From Intoshia linei (taxonomy: Eukaryota > Animalia > Orthonectida), in NCBI GenBank assembly GCA_001642005.1, contig LWCA01000313.1, positions 1 through 32,683 of the forward strand: 32,683 bases of DNA, in the 5' to 3' direction. The notes under the pieces are model-generated. The model did not search any database. It was not told where the DNA came from and saw only the letters and a list, made by a program, of their open reading frames with translations. The stretch's first letter is position 1. Every line of letters starts with the position of its first letter. The translations under genes and the position numbers were made by a program. Below are positions 22,798 through 32,683 of this stretch, in pieces.

Positions 22798-25700
22798 ATG
22801 AAAAATATTGTAATTTTTATGTTAAAACTAGGTACAAATCGTGATAGAATAAGTGTATTAATAATGTTTTAGAAATGCTAATATTGAATGTACTTGCCAG
22901 TAAATGTACAAAATTTTCAATTTCCATTGATAATATCAACGACTATAAAGAAACCAATGATTTATTTGGTGAAATTTCAAAATTCATCAAAAAGAATAAA
23001 AATAAATACAACTTTGTTCAAGAGATAAAGACAAGTTGCGCTCACCTTCCATCTATTTCTCTCATTGATCGAGACATAGCTTCCTATAACATACAACCTG
23101 ACGTATCAAGTATTGTTGATGCTACAAATAATAATATAACAGTTTTAGCTTTTATTGTTTATTCTGGTACTGTTTTAATAATTATAATTATTATACAGTC
23201 TGGCGGTTTGGGGTGAACCTCGGAAACGGACACCCTCGCTTTTCGGGCACTTTTTAAATGTCGTGTTAGTTTTATAGTATTTTGTATTATTTCCTGTAAA
23301 TTAGAGTCAAATACACAGTTTTTGGGTACTTTATTTTTTTCAAATATTAAAGTATGACACATAATAGAAATAGCTAAATTAAAAGCCTTTAAGATAAAAA
23401 ATTTATCTGAACGAAAAATGTGTGTAATGTATGCAACGAGTAAAGGAACAATATCTCGAATAAAAAAGGAAATTATACAACTTTTGAGGAATCAAACATA
23501 AATGTTAATTTTGATAAATTTTGAATATTGTCAACAATCAGATCTAATTCTTTTCAAGATAATTGGAGATTTTTTTAACCAAATTGTATTAAGAATTCTA
23601 TGCATTTAGAAAAAAACAAAAAGTTTTCGAATAGAAAACAATAAGATAACCAATTATTTTAATATAAATTAAATAATGTTTATCAAATTTGTTATTATCA
23701 GATATTATGTATACAATAAGATTTTATTGCCATTTCTCAATATTCCTGCCTTCTCAAATTTATTTATACACTTTCCCATACTATAAAAGGGCGTAAATTT
23801 ATCGCTTCAGTATTTTGCTTTTTGATTTGTCAGTATTCCTGATGGTTTGTCGGTAGAAACATTGATTGTTCAGTACTTTAAGTGCCAATTGATAAGGAGT
23901 CAGTATTTGAATTGAATGTTCTTTATAAAATGAAACTGACAAAAAATGCTTTTGTAAAATATATGAAAATAATAATCTCTGGTGTGAACACCATAGAATA
24001 TTTCTAATTTTATTGTGATATGGTTTGTAGGTATAATATAGTATCTTAATATTTCAGTTTTAACTTAAGTCTGTAGTGGATGATATATTATTTCAAAAAC
24101 TAGATTTTTAATTTTTATACTGACACTCCAAAATCATCGAACTTACAATTCAATTTTTTTACTGACAAAATATTATTTTACAAAATGTGTTTATTTCTAT
24201 ATACTTTTTTGTTGAGTTACTTACAATTTTCGATAAATACTGATCTAGTTAACATATTTCTGATAAAAATACAATTATGTCTTGACATAAAAGCAATTAA
24301 AACTGACAAATATGTACAAATTTTTGTAATTGAATACTGACAAAATACTTTTTATTACTGATATTTTAGTGTGTATACTGACAATTTTATATTGAAATTA
24401 CAGAAAATTTTTTATTAAAAAATGTCAGTATTTAATTAAATACTGACAAATTAATTCATCCCCCTATAAATGCCTAATTGTAATTTTTTTGATGTACAGC
24501 GTCAACTCATCATTATCAACTTTCTTAATAAATATTTCTGAGTAAATATTATCATTGTTCAATTAATTTAATATATAAAATAATTTTATCATTACCCTCA
24601 GTTTTTGGGGAACGCTTTAAAAAAGGTGTCCCAAAACGGGGTTATGCTGTAGTATAATATAATTATAGTTAAATTTACTAAAATGATACATTGCAATGTA
24701 ATAATGACTACATATTTTAGGTACGTTTCGAAATAAATATGACCCAACAGATTATGGATTTCCAGATAAAAATATTATTAAGATTAAAAGTAGTTCTTCA
24801 ACTACAGAATATCGTCCAAATCTGGATGTTTCATTTCCTCTGCCTCCTAAAAACTTGGAAAAATTGTCTATTTTAACCAAAAAATTGAAAAAAATTAATG
24901 ATCGGTCAATATTTTTGTCATTTAAAGGTAGGGTCATTTAAATATTCTTCTTTTTACGGATATAATGTATAGTATAGTACACTTTATACTGAATTTTAGG
25001 TGTTAGATACACGACTGGACCAGGTTCAGTAGTGCGTAATAGGTTGTTTTATTTGGAACAATATCCATTAAATGTAATAATATTAACAAAATGCAAATAC
25101 ATTACTTCTTACTATAAAAAAAGTTGTCGATATGATGTGAAAAGATATGCATTGTAATTATTATTTATTCATTTTCAGAAATTTTTCGACATTATAAAAA
25201 GTACCGTTGAGTACCAGTTTCTTACTAAACAAACAGATAAGTTGAAAAATCGTCAATAAAACAAATTTGAACGTATACTACACACATTAATGTATTTATT
25301 CATTTAGACATGATTATTTTGAATTAATTGAAAATTCCATATTTTGCCTGTGCCCGAGGGGTCGAAGGCACGATACATATAGGTTTCTTATATCAATATT
25401 TTAAAGTACATTATAGCATAAAGATTACTCATAAATAAAAATGTGCCCTCGGCAAAGCTAGATGCTGTTTGTACGTAGTACATAACAATCAACATAAAGT
25501 AGTATGAAAAATGACATTTGTTTGCCTTCCTGAAAATTTTTATTAATAATGTTGGAATATTTAACCATGAACACAGTGTCGTAAAATCGTTTTGATACTA
25601 AATGAAATGAATCCATTATGAAAATTTTAAAAATCCCTATTTTTGTAAATTTAACTTAATTTTTTAAGAATATTCATATTTTTTAAATACAGTAGTAATT

Positions 25701-26492
25701 GAATCGTGAAAACACTTCATACTAAATACAGCTAAATTGAAAAATGAACGTTATATTCTACTTGTGAAAATTAGTAACATTTGTTATAACTCGAAGAGGG
25801 TCACGGGTACGGTAGGTTCGACACTGCAACTAAGGCACGTTTTTTTTATAAATTTAAAAGATCATTTTTTCTAGTCTAGAATCCAGTTATGACCATTGTT
25901 TTGGTAATAAGATATAACTATAATCCTTAGTTTTTACTTTATTTTGAGAATACCTACGCAGTGTTTCTAATCAATTAAAAAACATATTAGATTCTTGGAA
26001 ATAATGCAGCGTTCATGTATTCCCATTATACTCAGTGACGCACAAATTTTACCATTCTCTGAAGTTATCGATTGGTCCTTGGCTGTATTTAAATTTAATG
26101 AATCCGAGATAATAATGGTAATTAAATATTAATAATAAAAATTAAAAATTTAGATACCACAAAAATTACAAAATGTAAACAAAGAAAGGCGACAAAAAAT
26201 GTCTCAACAAATTACATTTTTGTACAACAAATATTTTAGTTCCATCGAAAAAATATTGGAAACTTCATTACAAGTATATAAAATTAAAATAATTTAAATC
26301 AAATAAAAATTATTCTCATGAAATTCACTCAACCTTCAAATTTAATTAAAACATTAAAATGTAGATTTTAAAAGAGCAAATGTTTCCAAATAAAAAAAAG
26401 TAATTTTAATTTTTTACCATAAAACGAATGAATTAAATAGATCAAAACATGATTGGAATGAATCAAACACAGAAATATGGAACGGACTTTAA
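22798..26492 (+). CDS. EXT1: Exostosin-1-like heparan sulfate glycosyltransferase, GT47 domain only, about 365 aa
   Basis: Exons 22798-22831, 22873-23166, 24721-24927, 25000-25153, 25308-25382, 25991-26117, 26154-26273, 26365-26399, 26441-26492, all phase-consistent GT-AG. EXT1 motifs SLIDRD, VYSGT, YRPNLDVSFPL, FKGVRYTTGPGSVVRNRL, FCLCPRGRR, YRFLE, CIPIILSD...LPFSEVIDW and YFSSIEKILETSLQIL. The first exon is less certain. Confidence 0.88.
23196..24649 (+). mobile_element. pogo/Tigger-like (Tc1-mariner) remnant in EXT1 intron 2
   Basis: TA|CAG ... CTG|TA termini with GC-rich imperfect inverted ends (GGACACCC / GGTGTCCCAAAACGGGGTTATGCTG). A decayed psq-type HTH, NLSERKMCVMYATSKGTISRIKKE, lies at about 23400-23471 and is preceded by stops. 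Confidence 0.55.
23786..24464. mobile_element. Unclassified foldback-like element built from oriented (TG)TCAGTATT / ATACTGACA units
   Basis: TATA flanks on both sides and imperfect inverted ends. Roughly 15 motif copies, in forward orientation at the left end and mostly reverse elsewhere. Contains a perfect 26-bp palindrome at 24423-24448. Confidence 0.6.
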
Positions 26493-26521
26493 AAGAGTCA
26501 TAAATTATTAATAAATAAAAT

Positions 26522-27290
26522 TTACAATTTTTTTAAATTTTGAAAAAATTTATCGTCTTTCATTTGTTCCTTTAAAAGTCTTTTGCGAGTTCCGTTCTTT
26601 AGAGACATTTCCTTTTCCCTCAATAATTTAAGATATTTATCCTGCCAAGGTCCAGACAAATCTTCAAATTCTGGGACATGCAAATGGTACGGCTCATAGT
26701 GTTCTTTTGGTGTAACTTTTGACTCTATCCCTAAAATATTTTTTTCCGTATAAGGTTCAGTATTTGATGTATATCCGTGTTCCAGTTTATTGACAGCTTT
26801 ATCTCTTTCACAAACTACATCTAAAATGTTTTCAAGGCTTTCTTCAACCTAAATTATTCATTTACAATACAAAATATTCATAAATTAAGCTTTTAGTTAC
26901 ATTTTCTAAGCGATGACTAGCAGGTAATGCTTCATTTAGTCGTTTATATTCATGTTGCATTGTCATTAACATGTTACGTTCCTTTAAAATGACGTACCAT
27001 AGTTTGTGCAAGTCAGTATTGGATTTAATTCTCAATTCTTCAATTTTCCACGGTCTGCCTAAATGGGGGCCATTTTTATAAATTATTTAGATATTTCAAC
27101 CAACAGAGATTTTGCTGTTATCGATATGATCTTCGTGATCAAAAAATTGATTCAAATTGTTTAAATTATGTGAAATTGAAAAGCTATAAAATATTCATTG
27201 AGTAATCACCAAACATTATTACCTTCGTTTGGTAAAATCATTTAATTTCAATTTTTGGTATAAAATTTTTAAATTATAAATTTTCAACAT
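26522..27290 (-). CDS. MRPL47: 39S mitochondrial ribosomal protein L47 (uL29m), about 211 aa
   Basis: Exons 27290-27223, 27183-27101, 27058-26901, 26848-26522. Basic N-terminal presequence, then LNQFFD...VGRPWKIEELRIKSNTDLHKLWYVILKERNMLMT...RLENVEESLENILDVVCERDKA. Confidence 0.95.
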
Positions 27291-27399
27291 AAAGTTTATT
27301 AATAAATTTATAAAGTTAAACTATATTTACAATATGTTGTACTCAATCTCCATGATTTAATTTTTGTATTTTTATTTATTTCGACTAAATTTGAGTGAA

Positions 27400-27410
27400 T
27401 TGGCGCGAAA
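27400..27410 (-). promoter_or_regulatory. E2F-binding site TTTCGCGCCAA in the 206-bp MRPL47/SWSAP1 bidirectional promoter
   Basis: Exact canonical E2F/DP element in otherwise GC-poor DNA, roughly midway between two divergent ATGs (27290 and 27497). Confidence 0.65.
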
Positions 27411-27496
27411 TTTTTTGATAAGAGATATCAGTTTATCGATTTAAAATTAATTAATTTCGTTTTTACATAATGGTTATTTATTGATTTGAATTTGAA

Positions 27497-28472
27497 ATGA
27501 ACATTGTTATGAATATGTTTCCATTTCATAAACTTATTGACCATAATGATCAATTTAAGGATATTATTCTTGTCAATAATTCGTATGACGATATTTTGGC
27601 AATTATTGCAGACGATGGGTAATTGTTTTAAGTTTAAATTATAATTGATTTTATTTTAATTTTTTTAATTTGATTAAAATAGAATAAAGTACCAGATATT
27701 GTTTCAATTGATTAATAAATTATTGTTGGAAAAAAAATGTATATATTTTATTACTGTAACTCCACTCAAATATGTGCCAAATTCTTTCCACGGAACACCA
27801 AATTTTCCACACAATTTTGCTGAAAACTTAAAATTTATGTAATTTTATATACATTATTTACTTTATGAGATAAATTATGTATTTATGTGGCGAATCATGT
27901 TTTTTAACAGTTTACCTCCAATTATATGACGATTCAATGAATTTAATGTAATGTTAAATTTATTTTTTTTAAACCACGTCACTGAAGGAAAACTTTACAA
28001 ATTCTTATCTGTCTGTTTTAGATATGTTAATCACATTAACCAATTGAAATCTATATTATGTTCAATTACTTGTTATAGTTTATGCCCAACGCTATTAATT
28101 TTTGACAAAATTGATGACATTGTGCAAGAATCCAAAATGTTTAATATTCTGACACTCATTCTTGATTCTTATCAATTTTTAAAATCTAATAGGTATACTG
28201 AAAAGTACATTTATGCAATATTTTTATTTATTTTTAGAGGAACAAAAAGTTTAATTTTGTGTTTTCATGAATATAAAGAAAAATATAAAAACATTTTTAA
28301 AAATGTTTTAACGGTGGACAATATCAACACAATCACCCTAAAAACATTTGATAAATTTAAATTTGAATTCAACATGAAATATTCCAATAACAGTGAAAAC
28401 CAAACAATCACGTTAAATACTGATAAATTCACCTTTTGTTGTCAATATGTTAATGTTTCATATATTGGATAA
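27497..28472 (+). CDS. SWSAP1: SWSAP1-like RecA/RAD51-fold Shu-complex subunit, about 227 aa
   Basis: Exons 27497-27618, 27683-27838, 28022-28192, 28238-28472. CIYFITVTPLKYVP...ENLKFIYVNHINQLKSILCSI...PTLLIFDKIDDIV...ILTLILDSYQFL aligns with human SWSAP1 VLFLTRRPLQSMP...QKIRFQYP...LLCSA...PSLLLLDGLEEYL...LIALLLDTAAHF. Length is similar. Confidence 0.7.
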
Positions 28473-28631
28473 ATTAATTGAAAAAATGTTACTACATATA
28501 TTATATCTTTATTTTTTTAAATGTTGAATGTGGGCTAGCTTGTGGACCAAAGGGGTACTGAAAAAATTAAATTTGGTGTCAAAAAATAATAAGTTTCAGT
28601 CTGAATTCCAGATTTGATTATTAATTCTGTA

Positions 28632-29196
28632 CAGGGCCGTAGAGAGAGAGATTAGGGCATATGGCCCGGTCCTACAATAACGAGGAGCCTACGTTTTTAA
28701 TTTATTAACTCTAAGCTTAAGCTTAAATGATTGCAGATTTGCATTAAAAATATTCACAATAAAGAAACGAATACAAATTTGAATTAAAAATTATAGTTAT
28801 TTATTTTCCATTCTTTACTTTACGCAAGTCGAGTTACATGTTTGTTATTACATATATATTAGGGGTGTGATTTTTTATACTTTTTTTCGAAATTTCATGG
28901 TCCAAATACTGATAAAGTTGCGTGTGATAGTTTTATGATAATCGTGAAAAGAAAAAAAATTTTTGAAAATTTTTAGTAAATAAGTCTAAGGGTTAATAGG
29001 TAATGTTGGAAAATTTCTTAAGTATACCAAAATTATCGTATAATAAAATGTTCTATACGATTTCCAACGGTTATTTTTATTTTTCGACAATGAATGATCG
29101 ATTAAGCAATGTATAAAGATCCCATTTTTTAAAAAAAATTAATAAGGTCTACAATTTACATCTGACAGGGCCTATTGCTGGCTCTCCACGGTTCTG
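28632..29196. mobile_element. hAT-type MITE family A, copy 3 (interrupted by a TTAA element)
   Basis: TIRs CAGGGCCGTAGAGAG / CTCTCCACGGTTCTG. TSD ATTCTGTA / ATTCTGTG. Confidence 0.82.
28709..28992. mobile_element. piggyBac-type MITE nested in MITE A copy 3
   Basis: TTAA duplicated at 28705-28708 and 28993-28996. Ends CTCTAAG / CTAAGGG. The empty site TTTATTAATAGGT is seen in copy 1 at about 1108-1120. Confidence 0.7.
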
Positions 29197-29870
29197 ATTC
29201 TGTGACGTGATATAGCAAAAAATTGGATTAGTTTTACCATTTTACGGATTAAATGTTTCATTATTTAAAATTATGGCCATGTCAAAATTTTCTGACTATA
29301 AAGAGGAAACTTGGGAAATCCTAGTTTATATCAGGAGTTGCCACGCTTTTATTACGGCACACCGGTAATAAATTATAAAATTTATGTGTCCATTAAAGGA
29401 AAATTACTAGGCAATATTAAAAAAATTCTGATAAAAAAGGTAATAAATTAAGTTGTAATTAGTAAAAATTTTTCACGGACCGGCATTTGAGAAACGTTTA
29501 TTTATATAAAATTTAGGATTTTACATCAAATGATTGGTCAAAGTTAATTTTTTTAACTTTGAGGTTACGTTAAGGTTGATGAAAGTAGCTTTTACTTACA
29601 TGTAATGTATTATTTCATAAATATTTGGTAAAATTAAATAAATTTTTTGTTTTTTAAATTCTGGGTTTACTTATAATAAAATATTTAGAGTGCATTACAT
29701 TAAAATATCCTGAACATTTCAGATTACATGTACGTATTAAGTTTTTTTTAGACTCGTCTATAATGTAAAATTTGCATCTATTTCAAAACGGTACTGTGAT
29801 CTTCATTTGTTGTAACATTAACTTCAGCACTTCTAAATTAGAAAAAAACTTTGGACGAAACCGCCTATAT

Positions 29871-30659
29871 CAGTGATGGTAGCCAACTAAAACTAGGTGT
29901 GTTAAATTTAATATTATTTTCAGAAATTTTTTTTCTAGTGTGTTTTTATTAAAAAAATATTAGGTCAATTAAGTCGAATTAGTTAGTTCAATTAAGTCGA
30001 ACAACTTTATGATGGAAAATGAGTTAAAAAAATAATTTTTACATTTATTTAGATTTAAAAAATTGTTTCTATGAATTCTTTCAATTTAGGGAAATATTTG
30101 TAATCTTTATTTTCAATATCACGATAGAATATTGATAGTTTATAGTCAAATGCCTTAATAATACTAAACATTACAAGTCTTCCCTTACCCTTTGAATTTA
30201 AGGTTAAGTTCATTTAAATGCAAGGAAAGGTCAGTAAACAACATAAAACTAACAATCTAATCGTTATTATTTAATTGAGTTATCTTTATATCGTAAAAAT
30301 GTTTTAATTTCTGATAAGTATTTCACAAAGCGCTCAAGAACTTTACAACTTGATTCTAATTCCTTTAACATCATAGTGAATTCTCTTTTGTATAAGGCGG
30401 GTGTTTGGATGTAATTAATGATTTTCGTTACAGTGATAACCATATTTAAGTGACTAAGAGCTGTTTTAGAGCAGAGTACTTCTTGGTGTATAATGCAATG
30501 AAATCAAACCAGAGGATGACCCACGAAATTTGAAAAATTGGCTATAAATCTTTGAATTTTATAGATAATTTTAAATGTATTAAAATATCGTTAATTATTT
30601 TATTAATATTTTTTCAAGTGTGTATTTTTTACACGCAAACACGTACTTTGCCATCACTG
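29871..30659 (-). mobile_element. Internally deleted hAT (Buster/Charlie, GTF2IRD2/EPM2AIP1-type) transposon
   Basis: TIRs CAGTGATGG(T)A / TGCCATCACTG and perfect TSD GCCTATAT. Minus-strand remnant reads FHCIIHQEVLCSK...VTKIINYI...KVLERFVKYLSEIKTFL and FTDLSLHLNELNLKFKG*GK. Confidence 0.88.
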
Positions 30660-30914
30660 GCCTATATAATATCATTATTATGTATTAATTCTGAAACACA
30701 CCTCGAACACAAAATTTAAAATTTACTTCAACGCGAACATCAGGTTGTGTTGCAGAACTATATTATGTATCATTAAAATTATTAATTAAAATTAACTTCA
30801 CATTAGACTATAATGAATTAGAATATTAATTAATTCATGAATACTTGAAAAATAAATTATACATTTAATAAAATTAAAAAACATATAGTACATAATTGAA
30901 AGATGTAAAAATGA

Positions 30915-32148
30915 CTAATTTTCAACATCACATTTAACCCAAATGGATCTTGCATGGTTTATAATGGTTGCGTATATTTTATCATAAACTTCAGAAATGT
31001 TTTCACCCGAAACTTTGACTAGATAAATAAAAATTTATTAAAATATCAGTAAATAAGAATTACCATCGAAATATTGGTTAAAATCCTGTTCAATTTTTAC
31101 AATTTTGTTAAATATTAGCAATGCTTGATCATTTGTTAGGTTTTTATTTATGTCTCTAAAAATATAAATAGAAATATTCAAATTGTATAATTACATCATT
31201 ATTTTGACAGATGAGGGTTTGACCAAAATGACGATAGGGTGGATGTTGGCACTTTTTAACCGACTAATTGCTTTACCAGTTACATCTAATATACAATGTT
31301 TCTCCTAAACATAATAATCATCTATGAATAATATAATTTAATAAAACATACCATAAGCATAACTTCTTTGATAGACTGAAGACTAGTAGCGTAAAGATTG
31401 CTTTTATATTCACCAGCTTCAATAAATTTATGGTCTTTAATGTCTTGATTCATATTTTCATATGAAACGAAATGGTAATCTCTTCCATTAATTTCACCTT
31501 CTCTAATTGGTCGAGAAGTATCTACAAATTGACTAGTTAAATTAAATAGGTAACTGCTCTATCGCACCCTTTAAAATTTTAAAAGCTTTTTATATTCCAA
31601 CATCTCTAACCAAACGAAATCAATTAAAAATGACTGCAAATAAACCCATATCAATTTTTTAATATTACACGACTTAGTTTAGAACTTTACTAATTCTGGC
31701 AAAGGCACAGCGGATTTTTTTATGTACCATTTCAAAAAAATAAAATTTTTACGTTTTTAAAGTGGTTTTAAAGACAACATTGTAATTTAAGAATCGCTGA
31801 TCAAAGTTTACAATTTTATATTAATAATACTGAATAAATTACGTGGTATAGAAGCTAGAAATTTGTCGGGATGTCTAACAAGCAAATCATCACACAAAAT
31901 TTCCTTCATGAACCCTAGAATAATGACAGGTCGTGGGTAGTCACCTATAATGAAATGATAAATGAAAAATTAATTTTACATTTTTGTTGTTGTACGAATT
32001 CATAGGATAATATTGGTATAACATTTACTAAATTTTGAATTAAAATTATTATAAAACCAATACCATCTACAATGTTTTCTTTAAAGGATTCTTCCTGTTT
32101 GTGTTTACTTCTGCTCAGAGTGAATCTTTTCATTTTTTTATTTATTGT
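30915..32148 (-). CDS. DLG1: Discs-large (DLG) family MAGUK, C-terminal HOOK and guanylate-kinase-like domain (5' exons not identified, probably beyond window)
   Basis: Exons 32148-32064, 32027-31980, 31944-31843, 31521-31352, 31304-31195, 31155-31064, 31018-30915. Translation ILSYEFV...YPRPVIILG...[22 protein letters not shown]...KFIEAGEY...[15 protein letters not shown]...IWVK matches the DLG1 GK domain. Confidence 0.88.
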
Positions 32149-32683
32149 CTAATTCATTGGTATATTGATTTAAAAAATAACAATTCAATTAAAGTATTTA
32201 AATTTAATAGTAAACCCATGAGACATTCAATATAAAATTTAATTAAATTTAGTTTCTTCAAATGCAAATGTAGATATAAATTAGTTTTTAAATACATTTA
32301 TGTATATTCTACCTCGTGGAAGAATTTTAGTTTATGTATAATTATGTGATAAAATATTGATCCCTTTTACTAAACTTTGCGTTTGATAAAATTTGAAACT
32401 ATTTGTAATATAAAAGAATAAGGATGTAATGTAAAAATATCTAAAAGCCTTGGATATTCCTTCATTGTACTGTTTCTATTGTTAACGAAGTAATGAAAAT
32501 AATGGAATACAGGACATTTCTTAGGTCGTCCATTCAAAAACAAGCATGTAGTTTAAAGGTATGTCAGAAAGAAATAAATAAACTAATTATTAATTACAAA
32601 GGTGATCTTTGTATCCACTTTGATTCTTTAACATACAAGCATCGACATTATTTATCAATTTGTCTCAGCGGCGAATCTTTGCA

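Noticed and set aside
27911-27947. Possible cassette (poison) exon in SWSAP1 intron 2
   Set aside because: AG/GT flanks exist but are common in AT-rich introns. It cannot be supported without reads.
32151-32683. Upstream DLG SH3/PDZ exons
   Set aside because: No frame gave SH3 motifs (ALFDY, WWQA, G-x-IPS), so this was treated as intron.
1-32683. CRISPR array, retron or other prokaryotic/phage system
   Set aside because: No regularly spaced repeat-spacer array and no RT or cas ORFs. All genes are spliceosomal-intron eukaryotic genes.

Overview
AT-rich eukaryotic (metazoan) genomic DNA with compact, intron-rich genes. Many introns are 34-46 nt, and most long introns carry DNA-transposon derivatives. 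This architecture resembles a compact parasite genome such as the orthonectid Intoshia, but that assignment is an unverified inference. The ORF track misses most coding content because exons are short. Manual splicing with phase-consistent boundaries recovers eight protein genes: ADAM17/TACE-like (-, 3' part not in window), GPAT3/4 (+), a tandem GT32/DxD glycosyltransferase (-), SMG6/EST1A (+), an EXT1-like exostosin with only the GT47 domain (+), MRPL47 (-), a SWSAP1-like RAD51 paralogue (+) and the HOOK-GK end of a DLG MAGUK (-). There is one tRNA-Asn(GTT). Mobile elements include hAT MITEs with 8-bp TSDs, two hAT transposase remnants, a nested TTAA (piggyBac-type) insertion, a pogo/Tigger-like remnant containing a foldback-like element, and a Chapaev-like remnant. 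No prokaryote-type defence or CRISPR system is present. The most notable observations are the RIB-1-like half exostosin, the pseudo-GT32 plus GT32 tandem protein, the Walker-A-less SWSAP1 behind an E2F-site bidirectional promoter, a weak GC-AG intron, and convergent gene pairs whose stop codons are only 15 and 29 bp apart.
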